59,982 nt of DNA from a virus. Lineage: Duplodnaviria > Caudoviricetes. Positions 18,811-29,067 of this stretch are shown piece after piece. The DNA lies in IMG/VR virus record IMGVR_UViG_3300048834_000230, positions 1-59,982 of that record, one strand, 5' to 3'. Every line of letters starts with the position of its first letter. Positions within the stretch are counted from its first letter, which is position 1. The notes below the pieces were generated by a model. That model was not told the origin of the DNA. It worked only from the letters and a program-made list of their open reading frames with translations, and ran no database searches. A program made the position numbers and the translations under genes.

Positions 18811-19409
18811 GTATAACAATCACCAAAGCTAAGACGGCATTACTTCAAGGAGTTGTAGAATCTCTACAAGAATCCATAGGAGATAGTTCGGAATTACGTT
18901 ATCTCCAATCTCGTTCAATTCAAATCACAGTAGATGAAAGAGCATCGCCATCTACAGCACGTACATTCATTGGGGTTTATTTATCAAATGTAGGTAGAGA
19001 GACTTTAGGTCCCACTAGAAAAGAGATTTATCAAATCATTGTGGCTTTAACCATGCGTAAGGTAGGTATTCCTGCTGATATGCGTGGTGTTGATCTTTAT
19101 ACTGATACTTACCAAAATAGAGCAATATCCATGACCGAAATCATGGAAGCAATCATTGAAACAATTGATGGTAAGTACGATGTAATCGAAAAGATCAACA
19201 GCTACATAAAGACTGATGGAGAATTTGCTGGGCAACCAATGTTTCTTCAACCTAATGCTGATCTTACCCCCAGAGAAGTAGGCCCTGAACACTTTAGGAT
19301 TCAACCTTCTGAAAAGGGTGTAAAACGATCAGTAGAAACATTTGAAGCCTATTTAATTCAAATTCCATTTAGTAATGCTGTACGATTCGTGAATACTTTA
19401 CCAAGTTGA
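18807..19409 (+). CDS. Putative tail terminator/completion protein
   Basis: Size and position between neck and tail tube; ATGA overlap. Confidence 0.5.
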   Translation: MSITITKAKTALLQGVVESLQESIGDSSELRYLQSRSIQITVDERASPSTARTFIGVYLSNVGRETLGPTRKEIYQIIVALTMRKVGIPADMRGVDLYTDTYQNRAISMTEIMEAIIETIDGKYDVIEKINSYIKTDGEFAGQPMFLQPNADLTPREVGPEHFRIQPSEKGVKRSVETFEAYLIQIPFSNAVRFVNTLPS

Positions 19410-19419
19410 GGAAAATCAA

Positions 19420-20010
19420 ATGCCTATTATCCAACCTGTAATGGGTCCTTACCAAGCATGGTATGCCCCTTATGCTAGTGAGTATTCTGGTACTTTTGCA
19501 TCATTAGGTGCATTAGATAATACCGGTATCAAACAACGTGAACCTATTGGTGGACATGAATTAACTACTGGTCTGTATGGTGAGACTGTAGTTGATGGTG
19601 TAACTGCTGGTAGTCAAGGAATGTTCCTAGACTTTGTTCTGCAAGAAGTAGACAAAGTAATTATCCGTAAGATGCTCAAGCCTAATTACCTTGATACTTT
19701 AGCTGTTACTGCTGGTGATGGTACTTATGCTGTTGAAGGTGCCATTCAACCATCTGGTGTATTATGGTCCCAACAAGCTGGTATGCTGAAGTTGAAACCA
19801 TTAGCAGGTACTTATGCCGCTACCATGAATAGTGGTACGAACAATGTTCGTTGGTATAAATCTGTATTCCTGAATAATGGAAACCAAATCGAAGAAGCTT
19901 TGAACTGGCGAGAAAAGTTCATTCAAATTCAATTGAGAGTATTACCCTATACTGATTCTGGCGGAGTTATGCGGTTCTGGGAATACACTTCATCTACCGG
20001 ATTGTCTTAA
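19420..20010 (+). CDS. Putative major tail tube protein
   Basis: LG....GI, YG...VD pattern; synteny. Confidence 0.6.
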   Translation: MPIIQPVMGPYQAWYAPYASEYSGTFASLGALDNTGIKQREPIGGHELTTGLYGETVVDGVTAGSQGMFLDFVLQEVDKVIIRKMLKPNYLDTLAVTAGDGTYAVEGAIQPSGVLWSQQAGMLKLKPLAGTYAATMNSGTNNVRWYKSVFLNNGNQIEEALNWREKFIQIQLRVLPYTDSGGVMRFWEYTSSTGLS

Positions 20011-20030
20011 TTCTTAGAAAGTAGCTTCTG

Positions 20031-21440
20031 ATGGACAAAGTTACTTTAGAGATAAATTTCTCTGATGATGGTGGGGATAGTAACGACGTATCTAAACTAA
20101 AAGATGATGCGTCGTTACAAAATCCCTTTGAAGATTTTGACGCATTAAGTAAGAAAGATTTACTTGATGTATTTTCATCATCAGCTTTCAAAGATTTATT
20201 CTCTAATGAAGATAATTTTGATAAGTTCATAGATGCCCTTAGACCCATAATCAGTCTAATGGGTACTTCTACGGATGTACCTACAACTCAAACATTAACC
20301 AATCCTCTTGAGGGTATTACCCCAGTAGGAAAAGGAGAGATTCTTAAATATATCTTTCCAGAAACCTTTACAGATTTTTGGAAAAATATACCTGAAGCAG
20401 ATGCCCTAGATAATTTTGCTATTGGTATTGAGCGGTCACTAAAATCTGTTTGGGCTAATATAGATACCCTATCAAAAGCAACAGAATTTGATACTTCTTT
20501 TGTGGGGGGTTTTGAACAGAAATTAAAAGATATAGCAGAAATATCTTTTGATAGTTCTTATGTTGGTGGTTTTGAACCAAAACTAAAGGATATGGAAGAA
20601 GTATCTTTTGATAGTTCTTACATACCATTTTTACCAGATGACTTTGAAGAACAACTAGAAGCATTCTTCAAAGCAATAGATGATGCTAATGATCGTTATG
20701 TAGAAGATAAATCCATGTTTGCTTCAATCATGGATAATGTCACTGGTGCTGTAACTGGTGTTACTGATGCTATAGGGGGATGGGTCGATTGGTTAGGAAA
20801 AGGTGTTGCGGCTATTTCTGGTATCATTGTTTCTATGTTTCTTTGGGATGCTGTTATCAAAGAAGCCTTAAATAGCTTAGGACAGTTTTCAGGGGGTTTA
20901 AGGCGTGCCCAAGCGGAAACTGATCGTAACTTAATGTTACAATCCTTGACTAATAGTAATCGATTAGATGAACAACTTGCTATCAATGAGGCTAGTCGTG
21001 GTGAGCTAACAATGGCTCTATCCCAATTCAAAGTAGAAATGTTTGATCTACTTAGCCCTGTTATTCGTTTTATAACAGGGACAGGAATGGCAATTATGAA
21101 CATTTTGAATTCAGGATTAAGAATTCTCAATGTTATTAAAGATTTATTAGAATTACCTTTTGATTTGCTAGGTAAGATAATTTCTTTGTTAGACCCTGTA
21201 GCACGTAATGCTCGTGATGATCTACGAACAAAAACAAAGAACGATGCAAATAATCTAGCTCCTGGTTTGGGTGATCTAAATGATTTATTTGATCTAGGCG
21301 GAATGAATATCAAACCTTCAGATTTACCCCCTGGATTACGCGAAGATGTAACTAAGCATCCTTTTGATTTTTCTGGTGCTGAAGATGCTTATGATGGTTA
21401 TGATCCAAATGATCCCTTCAGTGATCTTACAATCATTTAA
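20031..21440 (+). CDS. Putative tape measure protein (short)
   Basis: Helical, amphipathic repeats and hydrophobic segments; follows the tail tube. Confidence 0.5.
   Translation: MDKVTLEINFSDDGGDSNDVSKLKDDASLQNPFEDFDALSKKDLLDVFSSSAFKDLFSNEDNFDKFIDALRPIISLMGTSTDVPTTQTLTNPLEGITPVGKGEILKYIFPETFTDFWKNIPEADALDNFAIGIERSLKSVWANIDTLSKATEFDTSFVGGFEQKLKDIAEISFDSSYVGGFEPKLKDMEEVSFDSSYIPFLPDDFEEQLEAFFKAIDDANDRYVEDKSMFASIMDNVTGAVTGVTDAIGGWVDWLGKGVAAISGIIVSMFLWDAVIKEALNSLGQFSGGLRRAQAETDRNLMLQSLTNSNRLDEQLAINEASRGELTMALSQFKVEMFDLLSPVIRFITGTGMAIMNILNSGLRILNVIKDLLELPFDLLGKIISLLDPVARNARDDLRTKTKNDANNLAPGLGDLNDLFDLGGMNIKPSDLPPGLREDVTKHPFDFSGAEDAYDGYDPNDPFSDLTII
20487..20621 (+). repeat. 60-bp (20-aa) internal tandem repeat, about 2.25 copies
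   Basis: FDTSFVGGFEQKLKDIAEIS / FDSSYVGGFEPKLKDMEEVS / FDSSY. Confidence 0.85.
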
Positions 21441-21454
21441 TTGTAATAGTTACT

Positions 21455-23305
21455 ATGGCAACAATAGCTAGTCAACTTGGCACTATCTCTGATAATGTAG
21501 AGCTAACCTACAATGGGTATTCTATACCACCCTATGGGCTGAAAGTCCGTACCAGTGAAATCCCTGTTTATGATTCTGCTGGTAAGACAATCAAATATAC
21601 TAGAATCATTCTTACGGCTGATTTTGTAACAACGATTGAAGAAACAGTATCAGGGTATCAAAGCACAGATAATACTGTTGATACCATTCGTAGGAGATTA
21701 CATAACCCCTGTAAAAGACTAACAATTAAAGGCTTAGGCTTAGGGGAAATGGATATAAGACAGACAACTACCCAATTTAATAATGGCCCTAAAACTGTTG
21801 GGTTTGAATATGAACAGTTACAGAGTAATCGTATTGCTCATATTATTTGGACAGTAGAATTTAATGTTGCTAACTGTACTAGTGCATCTCCCCTAAATGG
21901 GTTAATAGTATCATACAACTACTCTCTTAGTTGGGATTGGGATGATCTATCAGGGGGTGTTCGTACTAGAGTAGCAACAGGTGTGGTAGAAACAAACCCA
22001 TTTACCTCAATAGATGGGCAGAGATACAGTAGTTATATTGAAAGGGCTAAAGAACTAATCAAGGCTCAATTTCCTCGTATCAATGGTTATGATCGTAAAC
22101 ATAGTTTTCAATTATCAGAAGATCGTAAAGAATTATCTTTTACTATTACTGATACTGAAAAAATGACAGATCAACCATTACCAGAGCCAATGTGTGATCT
22201 AGTAATGCGGCAAAGCCTTAGTGGTTCTCGCAACAAAGCTAATTTCAATGAATGGCAGTTTGGACTTACTGCTAGTGTATTAGTATTTAAGCCCCGTAAT
22301 GGATTGAGCCTTAGTCATAACAAAACCCTAGCATGGATTGCTCTCGGTCGTATTATCATTGATCGTTTAATTCGATTCAAAACTGTGAGCTACAGTAACC
22401 CTGCTACTGGTGAGCCAACAAGAGCAAGGTTATTTGTTGATGACATTCAGATTGATGATGAAGTAACTGGTAACTCATTTGATTTTTCAGTACGAGGTAC
22501 AATATGGGTAACTACTGAAAAACTATTTGAAGCTACAGGTATGTTCAAAGGTATTACTGGTGTCTCTAACAATTGGGGAGCTAGAGATAATTTCATCATT
22601 GGACAAGGTATAGATGATTTGAATTCTTCTGAGGTTCCTGTATTTATTGGTGGAAGTTTAACTACAGGAACAGGTGAACAAATCATCAATCCTTGTAACC
22701 AAATTATTGAACAAAATAACCCTAGTATCAAATTCATCCCATCATCACAAAATGCCTACATGGCTGAAAGTGAACGACCAGAACCAGATGAAGCATGGAG
22801 ATACTACTATAACCATGTTGAATTAGTTGATGTAAATGAATCAACTGTTAATGTTCCTCTTTCTGAGAACCCTCCTAGAGAAGAAAGCATCCGTGGTAAT
22901 CCAGAGTCCCCTAAAGAAGTCAGTCCTGTGGCTGATCCTGTGGCTGAAACATCCCCTGAAATAGCTGAAGCTTTCCCAACTGTTCATAATCCAACAGGCA
23001 AGCTATTTGTAGTTGTTATGAAGGGAATGGCTGAACGGGATGGATATAGAATCAATGCCCCCAATTTGATAAGCTATGGGGGTATGAAAGCCGTTAAGTA
23101 CGGGCGAGATAAAGTCGCCTCTCTTAATTCTATCCCCAGAAAAGATAGAAATGGTAGAACCATTACAGTGTATAGATTAGTATGGACAAAAACCTATATT
23201 CTTGTTCCTATGGAAAAAGGTAATGGATTTGGTCCTACTCAACCTGAAAACGACAAGTATGTTACTGACGTTCCAAAAATGTTTAGGAAAGAGGAAAACC
23301 AATGA
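21455..23305 (+). CDS. Putative tail-tip/baseplate hub protein
   Basis: 616 aa, beta-rich; follows the tape measure. Confidence 0.5.
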   Translation: MATIASQLGTISDNVELTYNGYSIPPYGLKVRTSEIPVYDSAGKTIKYTRIILTADFVTTIEETVSGYQSTDNTVDTIRRRLHNPCKRLTIKGLGLGEMDIRQTTTQFNNGPKTVGFEYEQLQSNRIAHIIWTVEFNVANCTSASPLNGLIVSYNYSLSWDWDDLSGGVRTRVATGVVETNPFTSIDGQRYSSYIERAKELIKAQFPRINGYDRKHSFQLSEDRKELSFTITDTEKMTDQPLPEPMCDLVMRQSLSGSRNKANFNEWQFGLTASVLVFKPRNGLSLSHNKTLAWIALGRIIIDRLIRFKTVSYSNPATGEPTRARLFVDDIQIDDEVTGNSFDFSVRGTIWVTTEKLFEATGMFKGITGVSNNWGARDNFIIGQGIDDLNSSEVPVFIGGSLTTGTGEQIINPCNQIIEQNNPSIKFIPSSQNAYMAESERPEPDEAWRYYYNHVELVDVNESTVNVPLSENPPREESIRGNPESPKEVSPVADPVAETSPEIAEAFPTVHNPTGKLFVVVMKGMAERDGYRINAPNLISYGGMKAVKYGRDKVASLNSIPRKDRNGRTITVYRLVWTKTYILVPMEKGNGFGPTQPENDKYVTDVPKMFRKEENQ

Positions 23306-23607
23306 GTAGTGTAAATGAATTAGTAGTACCTAGTTACAAAACTAAGATTGTACTACAGTCCATAAATGTTGAATTAGAAGATGATGCGATGGATTTGGGT
23401 TTAGGTTTAGCCCAATTGAAAGAATCTTTCCCTGAAGGTATTACGACAACCGATAGAGCTATAGCTTTTGCAGAGTTTTTTAATAAACGATGGGAAGTAG
23501 CTTTGAATGGTAATATATTATCCCCAGGTAATGCACTTGCTATTTTGAATCCACTTTCAAAGCAGATGCTTGAGATAAAAAAAAACTTAGAAGATACGTC
23601 GAAGTAA
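23302..23607 (+). CDS. Tail assembly chaperone-like protein (G form)
   Basis: Ends ...EIKKNLEDTSK with A9C slippery site. Confidence 0.6.
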   Translation: MSSVNELVVPSYKTKIVLQSINVELEDDAMDLGLGLAQLKESFPEGITTTDRAIAFAEFFNKRWEVALNGNILSPGNALAILNPLSKQMLEIKKNLEDTSK

Positions 23608-23861
23608 CTTATCAGTACAAGATAAATGCTTTTACATTAGATGAGAATCAAGTAAAAATTCTTCATTACTTTATTCCCTCTATGATTGCACAAGATGAAC
23701 TGTCACAAAGACGTACACAAGCTGAATTAACAGAGCGTAGGTTCCACGATCTAGTATGGCTAGCGACAGATGACAAAGAGAAAGCTGAAAGGGCTGCGGC
23801 ATGGCTATCACTAGAACAGAGTTATCAAAAGACTACACACCAGAGTACGAAGTCCCGTTAG
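23302..23861 (+). CDS. -1 frameshifted extension product (GT form)
   Basis: A-AAA-AAC at 23580-23586; the -1 frame is open about 90 codons to TAG 23859-23861 and fills an otherwise empty gap. Confidence 0.65.
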
Positions 23862-25051
23862 CCTACGGGTCTAGTCCTTATGGTAACTATCATATCAATC
23901 CTAATAGACCACGTTTCTACAACTGGTATATCCCGTTGATGATGCGTGATCCTAGATTGAAATTTGGTATCGAAATTTTGAAAGGTCCTATCCTTCAGAA
24001 TGTTGATTTCCAATTAGATTGTTATGATTCTGAAGCAGGTGACTTAGTTTATAAAACCCTACAAAGGTTTATGAATAAAGCTGCTGGTGCTGCTTTAACA
24101 ACTATGCTTGTATTTGGTTTCACTGGTCAAGAAATCATGTACTATCAGGATGAAGATTCAGGAGAATATGAATTTGATTATCTCAAGTTCCTATCACCTT
24201 ATGATGTACGTCCTGTATCCAAAGAAGGTCACTTGACCGGTATGAATGTTTATCGAACCAAGTATGCTACACAAGGTCCGCAGTATGTCCCCATTCCAAA
24301 ATGTTATTGGGCAGTCCATGAGCCTGAAGTAAATCATTGGTTCGGTCGTACTCGTTTGTTTGGTGCATTTGAGCCTTGGTGGGAGAAATGGGGTTATAGA
24401 GGTTTTCGTGATCTTAGAGCCAATTGGTTCTATCGTAATTCCTTTAATGGTCCCATCATTAAGTATCCTAGTGGTTCTACACCTGTTGCCTACGATCAAG
24501 AAGGGAATGTTACTAGGAGAACTCCCAATCGCCATATAGCTATGGAAATGATTGATAAGTACCAAGCTGGTAGTGGTGCTGCTATTCCATCATTTTCTGA
24601 AAATTCTGGACAAGTTTGGGATTTGATACCATCGGATGCTAGACCAGTTCCTGAAGGGCTAGCTGTCTATGGTAGAAACCTAGACGATGAAGAATGGGAA
24701 GGATTAGGCATTCCCCCTGAAGTAGTTGTTTCGGATGGTACAGGGGCCTATGCGGGTCGTGTAGTGCCACAACAGGCTTTCTATTCTACCTTAGAAGAAC
24801 CTGCTAACTGGATAATTCAACCAGCTTGCAAATATATCTGCGATCCTCTATTATTTCTTAGGTATGGTAAGAAAGTACGTTACGACGTAAAAATCACAGG
24901 ACTGGTAGAAGCATTACCTACAGCATCAGATGGTATGTATCCATCAGATGTAGAGGCTCATAGTCAAGCTGTTATGGATGGTACTGCGGGCCAAAATCAA
25001 TTACCTAACCCTGGTCAAAAACAACTACCAAACTACAGTCAACAACAATAG
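23801..25051 (+). CDS. Portal protein (Mu gp29/DUF935-like)
   Basis: MMRDP, FGF..QEI.Y, HWFGRTRL...W..K, P.I.YP motifs. Confidence 0.75.
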   Translation: MAITRTELSKDYTPEYEVPLAYGSSPYGNYHINPNRPRFYNWYIPLMMRDPRLKFGIEILKGPILQNVDFQLDCYDSEAGDLVYKTLQRFMNKAAGAALTTMLVFGFTGQEIMYYQDEDSGEYEFDYLKFLSPYDVRPVSKEGHLTGMNVYRTKYATQGPQYVPIPKCYWAVHEPEVNHWFGRTRLFGAFEPWWEKWGYRGFRDLRANWFYRNSFNGPIIKYPSGSTPVAYDQEGNVTRRTPNRHIAMEMIDKYQAGSGAAIPSFSENSGQVWDLIPSDARPVPEGLAVYGRNLDDEEWEGLGIPPEVVVSDGTGAYAGRVVPQQAFYSTLEEPANWIIQPACKYICDPLLFLRYGKKVRYDVKITGLVEALPTASDGMYPSDVEAHSQAVMDGTAGQNQLPNPGQKQLPNYSQQQ

Positions 25052-25067
25052 AAAGGTGGTAAACAAA

Positions 25068-25274
25068 ATGGCACTACCTAATTTTGGTGGGGCGGGAGTT
25101 AGAAAGCGAATTCGCAAGCCTGCTACTAAAGCACGTTTCCGAGTCAAGAATCGTAAACCTGGAATGAAATCAGCAGCATCAACTACATCGTCTTCTAGTG
25201 GTGCTTCTATTAAAAGTTCAGTTCGTAAAACAACCCGCAATGCAATTATCATTGCTACAACCCGTCCTAGTTAA
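25068..25274 (+). CDS. Small basic protein
   Basis: AAGGTGG RBS; Arg/Lys/Ser-rich. Confidence 0.55.
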   Translation: MALPNFGGAGVRKRIRKPATKARFRVKNRKPGMKSAASTTSSSSGASIKSSVRKTTRNAIIIATTRPS

Positions 25275-25294
25275 TTTCACAAAGGAGTACCCTA

Positions 25295-25558
25295 ATGGGA
25301 AGCCGGAAGATTCTATTAATCATTGTCTGTTTGATTTTCATGCTATCTGCTGTAGGAGCAGAAGCAGGGTTATTTTTTCGACAAGGTAGGGGTTTTTTCC
25401 CTAATGCCCGTGGTGTAGCTGGTCGTGTTGGTGATCGTCAATCTCGTAGAGTCAATCGACGTTCCACAAGACAAGCTTATCGTGGTTACGGTTACAATTA
25501 CAACTATCGTTGCATTAATTGCAACAAAACGAAAGCAACAGCTATTCCTGTTAGTTAG
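25295..25558 (+). CDS. Secreted Arg/Gly-rich small protein
   Basis: Signal peptide ending AEA; AAGGAG RBS. Confidence 0.65.
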   Translation: MGSRKILLIIVCLIFMLSAVGAEAGLFFRQGRGFFPNARGVAGRVGDRQSRRVNRRSTRQAYRGYGYNYNYRCINCNKTKATAIPVS

Positions 25559-25581
25559 TGTGAGTACACTACGATTCAGGG

Positions 25582-25953
25582 ATGATTCGTATTGAAGCCA
25601 AAGAGGGAAAGGATTTGGATATGAAGTCTGAAGGAATCGACCCTCTTTGGCTTCTCGTTATACTTGGACCTATCGGTTCAATTGCTGGTGTTGCCGCATT
25701 ATTAAGAAGTCAGTCTAAATTAGATCGCAGAGCATTCTTTGCTGCCCTTCTAAACAGTGGTTTATTAGCAGTAGTTGTTGCTTGTGGCCTATTTCATTAT
25801 TATGGAACACAAGTAGTATGGTTAGTTATTAGTGTCTCTATCTTATCTGGTTTAGGTGGTATTGCCCTACTAGACTTTATATTAGCTTTAGCAAGATCGG
25901 TTCTAACAGCATGGGCAGGGAGATATAAAGATGATTCCCAAGATAAAGATTGA
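25582..25953 (+). CDS. Holin-like multi-TM protein (alternative start 25621)
   Basis: Three to four hydrophobic helices, SGLGG motif, charged C-terminus. Confidence 0.65.
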   Translation: MIRIEAKEGKDLDMKSEGIDPLWLLVILGPIGSIAGVAALLRSQSKLDRRAFFAALLNSGLLAVVVACGLFHYYGTQVVWLVISVSILSGLGGIALLDFILALARSVLTAWAGRYKDDSQDKD

Positions 25954-26452
25954 AGCCCCTTGGTATTACCATACTTTTATTGCCCTAGTCTTGTCGATTA
26001 TGCTTGGGGTTATTTTAACACAAGCTTTAGCCCAAAGAGCTAATGAGATTGCTCGTAATAGAGACTATGTAGAAAGAACAGAACGAGAAAAGGTTCTCTT
26101 GCTAGAAGCTATTACCGATGTTGATTCGCCGCAACTAATCACTGATGAAAATTTTTATTCTATTTGGTCTAATGCCAAGTTTCGATCTTTACTAGGTAAG
26201 AAAAAATCTGAATTAGTAGGCACAAGTCTAATTGATATTTTACCTAAAGAAGTATCAGACCAACTAACTAAAATAGTTAAGACTTACAAATTCAAAGGGA
26301 GTAACCCAAGTATTTCAGTAGAAGGTTACATACAACGTGATGATGTAATAACACCAGTATTGATTACATTTATCTCTGTTGAGAAATCTTGGACTCCCCA
26401 AAATGATGGTTATTTTATTTTTACGATCTTACATGAGAAAACAGAGAGTTAA
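25931..26452 (+). CDS. Membrane-anchored PAS-domain protein
   Basis: N-terminal TM, coiled linker, ITDEN....WSN..F..LLG....ELVG.SL.DILP PAS core. Confidence 0.8.
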   Translation: MIPKIKIEAPWYYHTFIALVLSIMLGVILTQALAQRANEIARNRDYVERTEREKVLLLEAITDVDSPQLITDENFYSIWSNAKFRSLLGKKKSELVGTSLIDILPKEVSDQLTKIVKTYKFKGSNPSISVEGYIQRDDVITPVLITFISVEKSWTPQNDGYFIFTILHEKTES

Positions 26453-26455
26453 GCC

Positions 26456-29062
26456 ATGTTCTCAATAGGTGGGCAACCGGCAATCAATTCAGCACCCATC
26501 CTAAAGAGTCTTCGCAAAAGTCAAAGACGTACAGCATGGTGGCACTACAAAGTCAATTCATTTAAGCATGTTCGTGGTGCTTATCCTTCTATTGGTTATA
26601 TTCTATTAACCAAAGCTTCACTAGATCAAATAAACATCTATGAGCCTAATACTCTAAATGTAACTTCTGAAATTGCCATCCCTAATGTTATCATTGATAG
26701 CCTTGTAGCAGTTAATCCTGGTCGTGCTGTTACACCTGAAACAGTTTTTGTAGCTACATTAAAAGATAATCGCCATCACTTTGAGACTAGCTATCTCACT
26801 GAAGATTTCAATATAGTAGAAAAGCACGATAGACAATCTCTATCGTATCTCAAAGCTACTACTAATGGTGGTACGCCTTATACATGGCAATCACTGATTG
26901 ATTACCTATGGTCTATTCCTTTTGCTGCCATTGGTGGTCTAGTCCAAGACACAACTCTCTATCCTACTTCAAAGCCTTGTAACTATTTCTGCCGGGGTAG
27001 GTCTGTAGCTGATGTACTTCATTCTGTCTTAACTGATCTAGGATTAACTCTCTACCTGGATACTGATGGTTCTTATCATATCCGGGGGTTAGATACCAGT
27101 GCTATCACGTATGAAGATGCTTTCCAAGAAATGAAGCTTCAGAATATAATCAGAGAAGTACGACATTTAGATACTAACTTTTCTGAGATTCCTGGTAGAT
27201 TGGCTTTCTGTTTTCCCTCCAGAAAATATCTATCTGACAACGATCATCAATCTTTTGATAGTCGATTTCTAAAAGAGCCATACTATCAACAAGATAAAAC
27301 CACAAGTTCACCTTATTACTATGCAACATTAGATAATAATTTAACACTACCTGTTTATTGTAATCCTGTTGCTTTCTATAGCCCCCAAGGTGGTTCTGAT
27401 CCTGTTAATAAATCAGAAATTGATTCGTACATAGATAAGGTACAAGACAGATACCTACGGAAGATGGCTTCCAATTTTGGACCTGTTCATACTGTAGCTG
27501 GTCTAGTACCGATGTATCCTGGTCGTAGCTTAGCTGCTGTAACATGGTTCATTAACGCTACTGAATCTGGTCAAACAGGTATCCCCCAAACGATCTTAGA
27601 AGTTCCCGAATCAGCAGCTTATAACCATCGCGGCCCCATTTTTTCTTCCAGAGAAGGATACCCAAATTACCCTAGAAATGCTTTTAGTAATTATCCACAA
27701 CATAAATCTCTTGTGGTTAAACCTACTAGTTCAATTGAGAAAGAAAAATCTGGTACTGCAACCATTATCAATTATCAATTGAATTCGGATGGTACACCAA
27801 AAGAAGTAACATCTAGTGATATTGAGATACTTAATCTCACGAATACCACCCTTAAATCAACTGAAAAATATACGGCTGATTTCCAATGGGAAACCCAAAA
27901 GTGGGCAGTTTGGCCCGGAGCTAGTACCAATACAGATAATGGTGGTAATCCTACAACTAATACAGAAGCAGATACACCTGTTGTTAGATTTAGACTGTTA
28001 GAAGATTTGTCTTTAGGTGATGGCTATGCTGATGCACAACTTATCAATATCAATGGGGATGCTATTGATTTTGAAGGTAATGTACTAGGTAATCCTCCAC
28101 CAGTTCTCCCCTGGTTTCCTAATACTCCTTACGATGTTGGTGATAGATGTATTTCACCTACAGATGTTTTTGATACATTACCACCTTTTACGGATAAACT
28201 ATGGTCACAAGGAGATACCATACGATGTAAAGAGTTTCATGTTTCATCAAATATATTTGATTTATTTAGCGGTGAAACTCTTCTTTGGGAAAAAGCACCT
28301 AGCATGGGTACTGGTAAAATTGTAGTTGTTGACCCTTCAGAACAAGGTAGGTTTTATGGTTATGGTCCATACAATGTTCCTATTACTGGTGTTGAAGGTG
28401 GTCAAAATGTAAAAGGCTTTACTGGTGAGTGTTGTCATTTAGGTGATCCTCATGGTACTGATTATGCAGGTACAGGTTTACCTGGATACTTGATTATCAA
28501 CATGGAAGGACCAGCTAGGACTGTTGAAGGTGTAGTTTTAGCTGGTGGGGGTGGGGGCCAATTCTATGCACGCATAACCGGTTGGTATGGTGCTGCTCCA
28601 AATAATAGACCACCCAAGCTAACAACAGGGGGCGGTTCTGAAACTAATGAAAACTTACTAATCAATTGTAGATTAGATGAAGACATACCAAAAGCTGATA
28701 CAAAAATTCGTGCTGATTTTGATGAACAAACAGGAGATTGGGTACTCACTGATTACATTGTTCAACAGGAAGATGGTGGGGGTGATCCTGGTACCCCTGG
28801 TCAAATTATACTAGGTAAGCTAAAAACTGATTTAACTCGTTTAATGGGGTCAGTAGTAGTTGTTGTATTATCCTTTACAGGTGATAATCCTGGTACTGAA
28901 ATTACAGCCTATAATCCTGAAGATTTACTTGATCCTACAAATGGGTTTCAAGGAATTTTCCTAGGTAATAAAGATGGCCGGTGTACAGTGCTTTCTACTA
29001 GTACTGGTTATCACCTGATTGAAGTTCAAACCCCTAGAACAATACCATCATCTATTGTGTAA
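26456..29062 (+). CDS. Large tail/baseplate protein
   Basis: 868 aa; Tal/hub-like N-terminal region and repeated small beta-domains. Confidence 0.55.
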   Translation: MFSIGGQPAINSAPILKSLRKSQRRTAWWHYKVNSFKHVRGAYPSIGYILLTKASLDQINIYEPNTLNVTSEIAIPNVIIDSLVAVNPGRAVTPETVFVATLKDNRHHFETSYLTEDFNIVEKHDRQSLSYLKATTNGGTPYTWQSLIDYLWSIPFAAIGGLVQDTTLYPTSKPCNYFCRGRSVADVLHSVLTDLGLTLYLDTDGSYHIRGLDTSAITYEDAFQEMKLQNIIREVRHLDTNFSEIPGRLAFCFPSRKYLSDNDHQSFDSRFLKEPYYQQDKTTSSPYYYATLDNNLTLPVYCNPVAFYSPQGGSDPVNKSEIDSYIDKVQDRYLRKMASNFGPVHTVAGLVPMYPGRSLAAVTWFINATESGQTGIPQTILEVPESAAYNHRGPIFSSREGYPNYPRNAFSNYPQHKSLVVKPTSSIEKEKSGTATIINYQLNSDGTPKEVTSSDIEILNLTNTTLKSTEKYTADFQWETQKWAVWPGASTNTDNGGNPTTNTEADTPVVRFRLLEDLSLGDGYADAQLININGDAIDFEGNVLGNPPPVLPWFPNTPYDVGDRCISPTDVFDTLPPFTDKLWSQGDTIRCKEFHVSSNIFDLFSGETLLWEKAPSMGTGKIVVVDPSEQGRFYGYGPYNVPITGVEGGQNVKGFTGECCHLGDPHGTDYAGTGLPGYLIINMEGPARTVEGVVLAGGGGGQFYARITGWYGAAPNNRPPKLTTGGGSETNENLLINCRLDEDIPKADTKIRADFDEQTGDWVLTDYIVQQEDGGGDPGTPGQIILGKLKTDLTRLMGSVVVVVLSFTGDNPGTEITAYNPEDLLDPTNGFQGIFLGNKDGRCTVLSTSTGYHLIEVQTPRTIPSSIV

Positions 29063-29067
29063 ATAAC

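Noticed and set aside
20696-21313. 205-aa antisense ORF, and other antisense or nested ORFs in the track
   Set aside because: Opposite to well-supported genes; no motifs or RBS
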